Positions 24,367 through 36,444 of a stretch of 64,000 bases of DNA are shown in pieces. The position numbers and the translations under genes are program-made. Origin of the DNA: Takakia lepidozioides (lineage: Eukaryota > Plantae > Bryophyta); contig CM060731.1 of assembly GCA_030704615.1 (NCBI GenBank), positions 31,682,001-31,746,000 of the forward strand, written 5' to 3'. The notes beneath the pieces are model-generated. The model saw only the letters and a program-made list of their open reading frames with translations, made no database searches and was not told the DNA's origin. How positions within the stretch are numbered: position 1 is the first letter of the stretch; every line of letters starts with the position of its first letter.

Positions 24367-27300
24367 CTACCTGGTTGCCACTACTAAGTTGGGACCGTAC
24401 ACAGTTTTGCAACGGTTTTCAAATGAGCCCACAAGGGGAGCTTGCACTTCATGGAAAAACATGTTGGCTACCTGCTCATACATCACCACCATGCAAGTGT
24501 TGGGTCTGTCAACATGCTCAACAATTATGAATCTAATCAAACTAACAAAGTTCAGGATCTTGTGCAGGGTTTACATGTGAGTATCCATGCAGAAATTCAA
24601 TTATTGATGCCTAAGAGATAAGCCAACATGGTCCTGGTTTTACAGATAGGATTTCAAATCCTGGTGTTCTCATATTCCTCGTAAACGGCTTGCTCAGTGC
24701 CGAATTCAGGTTGGCAGAAAATCCACTATGGTACTCATTTACTATGCCCTAGAATATACCCCTCTGAATTTGGGATGAGTCTTTCCTGCAGCAGCAGGGT
24801 TTCCTCACAGGTTTCAAAATCCTGTAGTAGGCCACTTATATTGCAAAGAAGCAAAGGAACAAAGAAAGGGAAGAGCAAATACCTGGCGATAAAGAGGGGA
24901 CCGAAACTGGAAGTCTACCGAAAAATGAAGATTGCATGAGTTTGGAGTTGGGCCGGGGTTGAACACCCACTCATTGTTCAAAAAATCAAAAAGATTGCTT
25001 TGTGAGACTGATGTCTGCATACAAGGACCCCCCAGCATTATTTCCATTTTGTTAGCTTAAGACACTCAATGCATCATCGCTGCTGCTGTAGACTGCTGGC
25101 TGCCAACAGAGGTGACACTATCACACTGTTCAAGAAAATGGTAGAGGAGTACCCAGTGCCCATTTAAAGCAGTTGGGGAAGACAAAAGGACATCATAGGG
25201 AGAGAATGACCTTAATGAGTTGAGGGCCCTTTAGCTGAACATGAGAAATGTAGCGCTCCACAAAGAACTTAAACCCTATTTCCAATTCCGCATCAAGAGT
25301 GTCATCACAGCGCTTGAGGACCTGAGACTTCTGGCACCACGGCACAAAGTCTTCATACAAATCCACTGCTGCTACCACGGCGAACAACTGTTCTGGTGAA
25401 TACCTGTCCATGACATACATTATCAGTCACCATTTCTGGCACCATCAATCTATCCCATCTCTTCCATCCGAAAAGTGCGGGTACGACCATCCACGTGGGC
25501 GTATCTCTCTCTCTCTCTCTCTCGGTTGCTTAAACTTATAGCCTGTGAATTCTACCAATACATTACCTCTTGTCAATAACAACACTCCCCAGGTTGAGTC
25601 ATGGCTAATGGTTCCATCTCGAGACTTGATAACAGAGGTACTCTGAAGGATGCAATGCCCAAAAATGCTACTAACAGAGTCTCACATCAACTCAATCTCA
25701 AAGAAGTTCGTCCCTTGACTGGCTGGAGAGCGGTCTTAGACACTGGTGATTCAATGAGGCGCTCTAGGAAGACAACGAAGGGCAGGGACTTTCAACTTGA
25801 AAGTTTCTAACCGGTTTGATGCACTGGATGAGGTTGATTCCAAGCAGCCAGACAGACAAACTGACCCCTAAGTGTGCTGAGCCTGAGCGTCGTGTGACTG
25901 AAGGATTTGGTACTCTGAAAGGTTTACCAATCCTTAAAGTTTACACAAGACGAGCAAAATCTACAAACGGGATAATTGTCCACCCTTTGCAGAACGGTTG
26001 GCCGTCCAGGAGCAACCATAGGCTACCTAGACGACAAACGATTCAAATGCAAAGGGCTGGCTTGCGGCTGGGCACTTTCAATTTCTCAGGGCTGACTAAC
26101 CAAAGGAAACGACTCGAAGTGGGAAAAAATTTCGGGCAAATGATATTCATATCTGTGCTGGGCAAGAGACATGGGAACCTCCAGACAAACTGGAGATGTC
26201 AATGGTTATAAATGAATCGGTGAGATGTGAGCTCTTAAGGCAGCCTCTGCCAAACGTGGTCAAAAAGGGGTTGGATTCTTTTTCTTGTGTGACCATTGTG
26301 AAATTATCAACAAAGGGTTTGCGATATGAGCACAGTATTTGGCTAAAACTGAAACTGAAGGGCAGCGGGAATATGAAGGACCTTTTTGTGGGTTGTGTTT
26401 ACATGCCCGCAGATGGGACCCTTAGTGCTGACGCAGACAATGCCTTCGAAGACGTAAAGCTGGACTGTGCTAAGTTCCTCGCCAAAAGTCAGGTGGTCTT
26501 ATTGGGTGACTTCAATGCCCAGGTGGGCAAAGGTCTCCATCAGGATGATACCATTGGGCATTTTGGTGAGGACGAGCTGAATTCTAATGGTAGACAGTTA
26601 ATAAACTGTCTGGAAGAGCTTTTGACCTTGAATAATAGGTCAAAAGGAGACCAAGGGCAGTGGACTCGTGAGACAGCCCAAACAGGGGAACGTTCCATTG
26701 TGGATTATATCATAATGGACCAAAATTTGTTTCCCCAGAGTGCCAGTGTGTTGATCGACAGAACTGATATTGGTACCTCTGACTCCTCCTGGTTTGGACT
26801 GAGATCAGAAGGTGTTTTCCTAACACCAAGAGATCTGTGAACGTTCGAATCGGAAGTGGCACATAGAAAAAATCCAAAATGAAGAGGTCAAGGCTGAGTG
26901 TGTCCAGCCTTGCAAGAGACTCTCCCTCATTTTGAGAGTTTCGTCTCCTCTGTGGCTGACAAGATCACTGGGAGGAAACTAATTGTCTGTGGTAGAGCTG
27001 TTAATGAATGGACCAATGAGATTAAACTCCAGATAGCTGAGAGACGAGTCCTCTATAAAGAGTGCTGCAATTTGAAAACCAAAAAAGAATTGTGGGCTAA
27101 GTACTACCAGATCTGCAAAGATGTCAATGAGCTTGTAAGGTCCCAGAAGAAATTATACAGTGAAATAAACTCCAACCACCATGGTGGTAATGACAAGAGA
27201 TTCTGGTTGGCCCTTCAAAGTTTGTACAGGCCGGAAAACTGTCAGCAAGTACAAGCGCTGAGGACTACTAAGGGTGCAGTGGTGACTTCAACGGTTGACA

Positions 27301-29384
27301 TTGTCAAAACCTTTGAAACCCACTAAGTATCCTTGGCAGAATTTATAGACAGTGAGGGGTCCTTGAAGAATGGAAGGACACAGTTGGAAAAACTGTTCCT
27401 ACGATTCAAGACAGCCCTGATGAATTGGAGTATATTTTGAAGGCTTACAACTCAATGGCCACAAGGCTATCGCAACAACGTCTTATGAGTACATTCTCTC
27501 TCTCTCCGGATCAAGGGAAAGATGTGGAGAGTTGTCCATACCTTGTATGGTTCACACCAAAAGTTGTGTCACTGTTAAGGGACAGAAGTCTAACTTCTTT
27601 GACATACACCAAGGTGTAGCTCAAGGACGTACCCTCTTCCCTCTGCTCTTCAATGTTTTCATCAATCAACTCCTTGAGGATGTGGAAAGTGAGGGATTTG
27701 GGTTAAGGGTGGGTGATGCCACCATACCAGCCCTTATGTTTGCGGATGACTTTGCAGGCATAGGGGAGACTCCTTCCAATCTCCAGGAGTTGATTGATTG
27801 CGCGAAGAGATACTTTGACCTTTGGGGACGTCAGTAAATGTGCAGTGGTGGCCTTCATTGACCGAGGAGAGGGAGGAAGTGGGGAAGCCAAGAGATTCCA
27901 GACCTCCCTTACTACACATACCTCGGCGTTGAGTTTTCCTCCAACTGTAATTGGGATGCACATATTCGGAAAGTTGTTCAAACTGGCAAGCGCAAAGCGC
28001 TGGGTCTCACTAAATTTTTCCAATGCAGAGGGATCAACTCTGCGGTCAAGAAAACCATGCTTTGTCGCGTAATTAGACCCGCCTTGGAGTGCGCATCTGC
28101 AATATGGGTTGATCACTCCGACCAGGCTAAGTCTCTAGAATCCATTCGAGTGGGGGTGCTTAAGGAGTGCATGTCAGCATGCTCCAAAACAGCCAACGTG
28201 GCTGTGCGGGGTGAGTTTGACATCCCTTCCTTAAACTCCCGACGAGATGAATTCAAGTCATATGGTGGGGTCAGCTGCAACATATGTCCATCATCAGATA
28301 TCCTAGGTCAATCGACTCTATATCTTGGAAACAGGATCGCCCTGTCAAACAGGCTAAGTCCTAGCGGAAAAGTGTAGAAGAGATTCTCAAGGATCTGAAT
28401 CTTAATCCGCTAGTCTTGACTCTGCTGGATAAATCTGACTTAGAGGCTGTAGAGTCCAAAGCCATGTCTGTTGCAAGGAAATTGTCTGATGAAAATGAAG
28501 TTAGGCAGAAAACTTCCCTGAACTTGTTTCCAGTCTCTGACATGGGGGAGGACATCATGGATGACCTCAAGGGTCTACCCACTCTCGGCACTAGACTGAA
28601 ATTTAAAGGGAGGGAAGCCTACCTTTGAACAGCAAACAGAAGCAGAGTGGAAAGGGAGAGTGCAATTGCCCGTTTGTGTGGGCAACCTGAAGAATATTGT
28701 CTGACTCATTGTCCGGGTTCTCCGACCAGAGAGACGCTCTCCTCAAATCTATCAAGGGAATTGTGCCTGTACCTCTGTTTACCAACTTTGAAAGTCTCGA
28801 GGCAGAGCCAAAAGCCCAGGCCCTTTTGGGGCCTAGTTATCGGGCAAACCACACACAGCAGATTGATGCTTGTGTGAAGGGATTTCTAGAGAATATCTGG
28901 CAAACCCGGATCAATTGTTTATTCCAAGGTAAGTCTTACTACCGGCGTCAGCCCCTAACAACGGTAGGTTCTGTCCCTTTATGTTCCGCTCGAACTGGGC
29001 GCGGGGTCAATGGCCACAGGGCTACGGCAAACAACGTCTTATGAGTACATTCTCTCTTTCTCGGTGTGCAGGATGGACATACCCAATGATTCGATGCTCC
29101 TCGTAATGCTTGGACAACCCCCTGTCTTCATCGCCATCGCCACAGCTTAAAAATCCTCGACGCTGCATCTTGGCAGCGGGTAAAGCCCGAACGGGACATG
29201 GCTGCTCCTGCACGCCTCTCCACCATCCACCTTCAAATTTGGGAAGACCACGACTCCTCTCCTCTTCTTCAAGCCTTAAGCTATTCAAAGGGCCGGATCC
29301 TTGGCAGGGATGCGAGCTTGCCGAAACCCGACGCCCTGCTAGGATTGCACTCACGGACCTCAACACTCTCCCGGATGGTTTCAT
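24367..29384 (-). CDS. COQ10: Coenzyme Q-binding protein COQ10 homolog, mitochondrial, 4 exons, 243 aa
   Basis: Exons 29384-29083, 25403-25211, 25014-24883 and 24471-24367 are GT-AG and in frame: YEEHRIIG|YSPEQLFAVVAAVDLYEDFVPWC..AELEIGFKFFVERYISHV..|TSVSQSNLFDFLNNEWVFNPGP..VDFQFRSPLYRQ|VANMFF..FENRC..YGP. Arg/Ser-rich presequence. Confidence 0.92.
25524..29062 (+). mobile_element. Degenerate non-LTR retrotransposon (APE endonuclease + RT + C-terminal Cys/His; RTEX/L2-like) in COQ10 intron 1
   Basis: Endonuclease: LGTFNFSGL, VYMP, LGDFNA, SIVDYII. RT: QGVAQG..LFPLLFNVFI, LMFADD, YTYLG. Also RPALECASAIW. Many frameshifts. Flanked by (TC)10 at 25504-25523 and TCTCTCTTTCTC at 29051-29062. Confidence 0.9.
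27452..27506 (+). mobile_element. Short 3'-end copy of the same LINE family, inside the LINE
   Basis: tcaatggccaca.ggcta..gca.acaacgtcttatgagtacatt(ct)n has the same structure as 29007-29062. Confidence 0.85.
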
Positions 29385-29720
29385 GGCAACCGATCCGAGC
29401 CTCGCTGAGCGTGAGTGAGAGTATTGAGAGACTAAACATGGTCACTCTTACGTGTCACTGCAAGCAAGCAAGGGTTGAGCCTTGCCGCAATGCGGTCCTC
29501 GACACATGGCGTGCACTCACTCGTGTAAATGACACGTGCAAGAAGCTCGAGTGTTTCTTTTTTTCTTTTCTTTTTTTTCTTTTTCCTTCTTCTTTTTTAA
29601 AACAAAAGAGGATGGAGGCCCTGGGAAATATATTAAAAAATAAACGGGAAAAAATAACCCGTTGAGATACAGCCTTAAAGCCTATGAAGGGGATAAGATA
29701 CCACCGCGTGACCAGTAACC

Positions 29721-29898
29721 TAAGATAAAGATAAAGATTCGTTAACGTCCAGTGAATTTACAGAGCCTGCTGCTCAACACACAGGCCATCGAGGGCCCAA
29801 TGAACGGTCTGAAGGCACATGTTGAAGGATTGAACCCAGGATCACCGAGGTTAAGAGAGAAGCCAAGCAGGTCGGAAAGCAAGAACCAACTACCCTCC
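29721..29898 (-). mobile_element. tRNA-derived SINE, copy A
   Basis: The reverse complement has a B-box GGGTTCAATCC, body catgtgccttcagaccgttcattgggccctcgatggcc...ctgtaaattcactggacgttaa and a (TCTTTA)n tail. Confidence 0.75.
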
Positions 29899-29953
29899 AT
29901 TCTGTTTCTTCTCCATTTCTTTTTTTCTATTTTCCATTAAGTTCTCTCTACTT

Positions 29954-30123
29954 GAGCAGGTAGCCCAGTGGTTGGGTGTGTGTGCCTTGCCTGTGCATAA
30001 CCTGGGTGATCCTGGGCAACATGTGCCTTCAGACCGTCCATTGGGCGCTCGATGGCCTCTGTGTTGAGCAGTAGGCCCTGTAAATTCACTGGACGTTAAA
30101 GTAACTTTATCTTTATCCTTATC
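29954..30123 (+). mobile_element. tRNA-derived SINE, copy B (inverted relative to A)
   Basis: A-box TAGCCCAGTGG, B-box partly deleted, same body and ctttatctttatcctta tail. Confidence 0.75.
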
Positions 30124-30267
30124 TCTTTCATTTTTTTCCTCTTACGTTTTTACTTTTACTTCCAATCTTTTACAATTAAAATATAATTTGTATGTGTTAT
30201 TTTCACTTTTTTCTAAATTTGTTATATATTTTTAAATTTTCGTTGTCTTTTTTCTTCTCCATTTTAA

Positions 30268-31264
30268 CCATTAAGGGCCCGCCATTGGGCAAATTCAACC
30301 CCTGAAAAAATTACCTCTAGCTAGTTAACTGAGGCTACACACCTACTTTGTTACATCCAAAAAACAAAACAAAAAAAAAACCCTTTATTAGATTCACCTT
30401 GGTTACCATGTACATCCACTCAACAAATTGCGGAAAAAAATCACCATATATATATGTATATTTTTTAAAAGGAAAGGGGACGGTGGCCCTTTTAATCAAC
30501 CATATTACAAGAGAAATTTTAATTTACTAGGGCTGTTTTTGTTGTTGGGATTTTATAAAACATGAAATTTGAGGTTTGCCCAACGCAGGGTTGAATTTTT
30601 CTTGCTTCTGCCTACCACGTAGAAATGTGGTATGGTATCTTAGCCTTGCAGTGGAGAAAATGTGGTAATGGATCTTACACCGTGTCAAGAGTATGATTAG
30701 TCTGAAAAAGCTCTTAAGTATAAACCACGTGGCAGCTTGTCAAAATTGTTGCTTCAATGGATAGAGCCGCTCGCGGTTTGTTTTTATTAGGGTAATTTGT
30801 ATGTGTTTGAGGAGGGGGTTAAAATGACCTCCATAGCTTGGCAACTCAAGGTGAGCTCATATTTGACCCATTGATAATGAGATGTTTCACTCAAGACCTC
30901 GAGGGTGTGGATAGTGAGCTGGTAATAAATGAAAATCTAGATCCAATGGAAGAATTTACAAAAGTTACCATCAGAGTGAGCTCAACTGTGGGCCAAATAT
31001 GTCTGGTCCTCTGGTCAATGCAGACAGTCAACTCTACAGGACCCTCCTGCATGCTACAATTTCAATCATGACCCCTGTATTTTCTAAAAAATCTACAGGT
31101 TGGAGAATTCGGTAAAAATTTCTAGTTTCAATGTGAGAAGGTGGTCCATGTTGCCAGAAATTTAAATGCAGTTGGAAGCATTAAAAAATATTAAGATCTG
31201 CAAGAAGTAAATGGAAAAATCTTCTTCCTCACAACCCAAAAGGGGTCTTATGGGCCCTTAAGGG
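30268..31264. mobile_element. Non-autonomous piggyBac element (997 bp) with TTAA TSD
   Basis: TTAA(30264-30267) CCATTAAGGGCCC ... GGGCCCTTAAGGG TTAA(31265-31268). The 13-bp TIR has one mismatch and resembles the end at 63183-63195. Confidence 0.85.
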
Positions 31265-33000
31265 TTAATATAATTATTACTTTGTTTCTTTTTCATCCTT
31301 TCTTGCAGGATCTGATGTGTTAAATACTGCATATACCTAAAATATATGGACATATCCCTGTGCAGCCCAGGTCATTATTTCATTGGTGGAGACATGCACA
31401 CAACCACTTCCAAGGTGGTTTGTGTCCATCACCACTGGGCTACAACATGGGTTGTGATCTACTAGTTACCACTTTTAATGCACGATGAAGGTTACAAGTG
31501 GTTTGGAAGAAGCTTCTAGTTTAAATACAACTAAGGCTACTTCTGGGAACAATATTCCGTTTGATTGGAAATATATCTTATGCAAAGAAAATGTTATGCA
31601 CAATATAAAAATATAATGTATGCATATGATCTAATGGTACTTTCGTTGGATTTAGGCGGAGTGCTCCTCTGGCAGATCCCCTGTCAAATCTTCCCCACCT
31701 TATCTTACCGCGGATTCACTATTAAATACTTTACAATGCGAGAGATTGTTAAATGTGATGCATAGCTTACAGGTTAGGTGATGGTAATGGAGGCGATGAG
31801 GTGGAAGGTTTGATCCTTGATGGATCCTTGGCTTCTATGGTTCGTGTTACCCCCCTTATATTGTGTAAATCCTCCATTTTAAACTTAGCCAAATGTGGAC
31901 TTAGTCAAATTTTGAGACTAGATGTGAGTCAAATCAAGTGGAGTTACACTTCCCATGGTGTAACCCAAGTGGAGTTACAATCCCGACCGTGCAACCTCGA
32001 CTGGAGCTTACATTTCCCCCCTGTAACCCACTGTCACCAGTACTGAAGTTATACTCCCTTCCATTCCATGTCACTTTAAAGAGAGAGTGGGGAAGATTCA
32101 ATATGGTAGAGATCAGCCTACGGTCCTATAAGAGATCACACGTAGGCATTAATTTACACATTATTCCTAGGATTGTTGTTTTTTTTTTTTTGCAATAATA
32201 GTATTTGGGGGTATATGAACGGTATTGATATTCATTGCGTTCAATATAAAAATGTTTGATTTTATTGACGAGTAATTATGATATATTAATATATCTACAT
32301 TTTAACTGTCCAAAATATAGACAAGAGAACAAAAATTCAACATTGACATTTCATTAGCTATTACCATTATCATATTTACATGTAATTTAATAAAATATTA
32401 GTAAACTGAAACGTGCTTACCACAAAATCAAAGTGATATCTGGAAGTGCTACAACATTTCCATTGAATATGTGAAGAAACGAAAGAGAGAAAGAAAGAAA
32501 CATTCGAGCAGATTTTACAAAAATGATTTTCATAATTCAGTTTTTTTTCCGGGACAATCCGGGCAGCTTCTAGAATGTATGTTGCTGACACGGCCTCCGA
32601 AACGTGGCAATGATGATGTGGCAGGTATGACGTCTTTTATATTGTATATATTTTTTGAAAAATCAGGCAGTCCGTGCAAATTTAGACAAAATGATGTTGA
32701 TGACGTGGCTGACGATGACATGGAAAAGATGATGTGGCACTATGGCACCCTACTACTGCTCTACTAAAACTAGTCTCTGACCTTAAAATATAATAATATT
32801 ATGGGTGTCTCATTCAATATGGATGACAGATGTCGATGTTAACAAAGGATGCAGAATCACAATACAACTAGCTATTTGGTTTTTTAAATTTGTTAATATT
32901 TTCAATTCAGCTCCCCAAAATTTCCAAGTCTATCATGTACAATTCATTAAACATTGAAAAGTAAATAATATTTAAAATATATTTTTAAAACAGCAAGGTC

Positions 33001-33198
33001 TCAAGTTGTAACCAGTGTCAAAAGATACCAAGAGCTACCCCCCTTACGTCTTCTCCCGTGGTTCAAAGTTTGAGCATACATGTTTGTCATCATGCAATTT
33101 TTGCGCAAGATGAGCATGGGCCAAAACAAATTGCAGAAATCAATTGGCTTGGCACTCTCGCCCAAAGGAAGTAAACACCAACATCCCCTCCACTCCAT
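33001..33198 (-). pseudogene. piggyBac transposase relic (N-terminal part)
   Basis: LPLGESAKPIDFCNLFWPMLILRKNCMMTNMYA...KGGSSWY aligns to LPFGDSANPVDFFNLFWPLSVMRRICSMTNLYA...KGSRWWY starting at 60191. Confidence 0.8.
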
Positions 33199-33308
33199 AT
33201 TACCTTGGGAATTATTTTACAATTGGAATTTCACATGGTGTCTGCCAAGTTAATTTACTACTAGTGTGAAACTAGCTAGGAAATAATTAGCATTGAGCCT
33301 CCCGCGTC

Positions 33309-34768
33309 TGCTATGACGAGGAATTCGTGAGCCTACTCATAAGCTCACGTGAGCCTGTGAGCCTGGACAGGGGACCCATAACCGCAAATATTCCACATAT
33401 TTCCGTGCATTTCCGTGTATTCGTCTCTTGCCAATACTTATCCCATGATTGTTTGACAACATCAGTCACAAACAGCATGTTCTATATCCAAGTTCATGCC
33501 TGATAAAATACTTGTAACTGCATACGATATCTATGGACAAAGTCACCGTGCAATTTAGTGATGTTGTGGCTGAGAGCAGGCCGCATGATTGGCATGGAAA
33601 CCATTCTACACAATGGTATCATGAGCGTCCCCTTGGGACGAGCCTAGCTTTGATGACATTTACAGAGTTTACTTTTTCTGTTATCCCCTACTATCATGTA
33701 TAGATTGTGACCCATGTTTTTCAAGCGAAAAAAAATGTAATCATAAAAAATAATTTTGCTGACAAAACCCAAGTTTGTGCTCACGTGAGTTCAATTTGGA
33801 CAAGAGCTTGGAAGGGAGAAACCCACAAAAATAAAAATAAATAAAACCAATTTTGCCAACAAAACCCAAGTTTTTGCTAATGTGAATTCAACTTTGGACA
33901 CTCTTAACTACGATGAGTTTACACTATCAAAAAACGAGATACTGCACATGGGGTCTGAGTATATCCTGAATTTCCATTTCATGTACTTGCGGAGCACACA
34001 TGTTGTTTTCTTTTTCAATTGAGTGGAACTATGATGGAAACCCAGAAGATATTTTATTTCAAATTTCATGTTTTTCATGTATAAATTCCGTGTTTTTTTT
34101 AATTTCATGTGATGATATTTTATATTATTTATTATCTTAATTTTGGATGTTTTATTACTTTGGCCTTCATTGTCTGTTATGTGGGTGTTGACGACCACAT
34201 AATTCATGGACCTCCCACAAAGTCTTCCAATGACACAATAAAAAATAGTTTTTTTTTTTTTTTTTCTAAGAAATTAATGTGAGGACTTATGTGGGTGGTC
34301 ACACCCACATAATTCGTGGACCTCCCGCAAGTCCTCCGATGACCCAATAATAATAATAAGAATAATAATAAGGACTTACGTGGGTATTGACGCCCACATA
34401 ATTCGTGGACCTCCCACAAGTCATCCAATGACACAATAGAAAACAAAACTTTCAAATTATTTCGAGAAAAAAAAAACATATCATAATTATGTGGTCGTCA
34501 ACGCCCACATAAGTCCTCAAACCTGATTACAGGCATATAAGGAATCCACCAATACGATTTCAATTTTCTCAATGTCGTTGCTGGTATTCTCGCGATAATA
34601 CGTATGCCTTTGTCCTCGGGTATAAACCACATTTCTAATACCACACCATTGTGCACTAAGGACCGCTAAGCGTGACGCCCAAGCTCATGCTTAGTGGGTC
34701 AGTCGTGAGCCTGGGCTCATAGGCTTAAATGAGTAGGCTCATGGCGTAGCTTTCCTCGGCGTCGTAGT
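33309..34768. mobile_element. Non-autonomous CACTA-like element with internal ~90-100 bp tandem repeats (34175-34520)
   Basis: Right end ...ttcctcggcgtcGTAGTG and degenerate left end tgctatgacgaggaa. Inverted subterminal gagcctactcat / atgagtaggctc. No clean 3-bp TSD. Confidence 0.55.
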
Positions 34769-35079
34769 GCAGATTCCCTAAAACTTTGGGATATACTTGG
34801 CTTGACTCCTAATTTTATGAGTGATAGTTGAGTTTTCTGGTACGTGTGAGTTTCTGAGCTTGTGTGAGCTCGTGTTTTGTTTTCTTTATCACTCGAGAAA
34901 GCGATGTAGGTGTGTAGTGATATGTATGCGTACGACACATCCCTGAACATGTCCGTTGCTAGCCAGGTTTGCTAGTCAGGAGGTAAATCATACACACCCA
35001 ATTCACGGGTGGGCAAGCCAGTGTCAACACAAAAATCATTCAATTTAGGTTCATCAGCTGCTGTAGGATTGGTTCTTAC

Positions 35080-35428
35080 CAGTGTTGGGCGGAGCTAACC
35101 TTTCATATACGCCGGTTCCGGATATTAAAGACTTTTGGTTTTAGATATCCGCTGGTTCCGGGTATTACCAACCTGACAAACAGCGGATCCGGGCATGCAT
35201 CCGGTTATTAAGTTTAGGGCTGAGATCCACCAGCTATTGACGGGTGTTGGCCGGATATCTGCCGGGTATTAGACCGGGTATAGGGTTTTTTTTTGTGCAT
35301 TTTCATATCCGCCGGTTATGCATGTAACCCGGATACTAAAAAAAGCCGGTTCCGGTTCCAGAGACATTGATATCCGGGTTGATATCCTGCTATTGATATC
35401 CTGATGACTCTATATCCGCCCAACACTG
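35080..35428. mobile_element. hAT-type MITE (349 bp)
   Basis: Perfect TIR CAGTGTTGGGCGGA / TCCGCCCAACACTG. Perfect 8-bp TSD GTTCTTAC (35072-35079, 35429-35436). Internal ccggtt/atatcc repeats. Confidence 0.92.
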
Positions 35429-36444
35429 GTTCTTACCTCTTCAGCAGGGTAGAAATCACTATCACTGCCATTACTTTGGGATTCAGCATCCGAGTTTGAA
35501 TTTTCTTCCACAACAGGAACCCCAAGCATATCTTCTACAGAGCATGGCAGGTCAAGATCACCATCTCCATATGAGGTCTGTTTTTTGTCCCTCTCATACT
35601 GCTTTGTGCCTCCTGCCATCTGAGTTTACAAGGTCTTGTGTATGCGTGTTTGCAAACTTCCACTCTACTGTTGTTCAATCTCAAGGCAAACTGTAGTACA
35701 TCCTTTCAGGACTAGTCTCTAAAATTCAAAAGGCCATCCCTTCTCGAGTGTCAGCTGGATAGAACCTTTGCTTACACCAGAGCTTTGCTGATCACTGCAT
35801 TGGGAATTATTGAATCTGTTGAATGCATTTGGCACAAGATTTGTGGATGGAGGGGCTCCACAACAACAACTCTGTCCAGCAGTAAATCCCACTGTTTCAG
35901 TATGTTATGAGTGGCGCCAAATGCAATGTGCGGACTCCAACAATTAAGCAGCCTATCACCATGTCATGCATTGTTAAAGCCAATAGTGTTCAAATCATGA
36001 AAAAGGAAGGAAATTTCAGGAGGTATATACATGGCTATGAGCTCTAATGCAATGGGTGTGGTCCAGTCACATCATAGCAGGCAGGCACAACTTTGTACAA
36101 ACAGAGCACATGAGCTGTTACTCGGGCCATATTAGCCAGAGTCAAGCTACTCTAAGAGAGTGATTGCAGACCATCCTGGTAGTTGCGAAGGTAAGTCTGC
36201 CAAGAGACTCTTTTCCCCTTACATTAAGGATGATGGTTAGAAGTTGCACTGATTACAGATTTAGTGGTGATAAAAAATAAGACTTCTACACAGATCAGAG
36301 AGGGTCCGACCGAGTCCGTCGGATGCTAGCTTCTATCAGCACGGCGGAGCCATCGACCAATGCCATGCGAATAAGATTGATGCTCAAGGCCAACAACCAT
36401 GTTTGATTGAGGGTTTAAATCTTTCAATCCAACTGGCCAGACCA

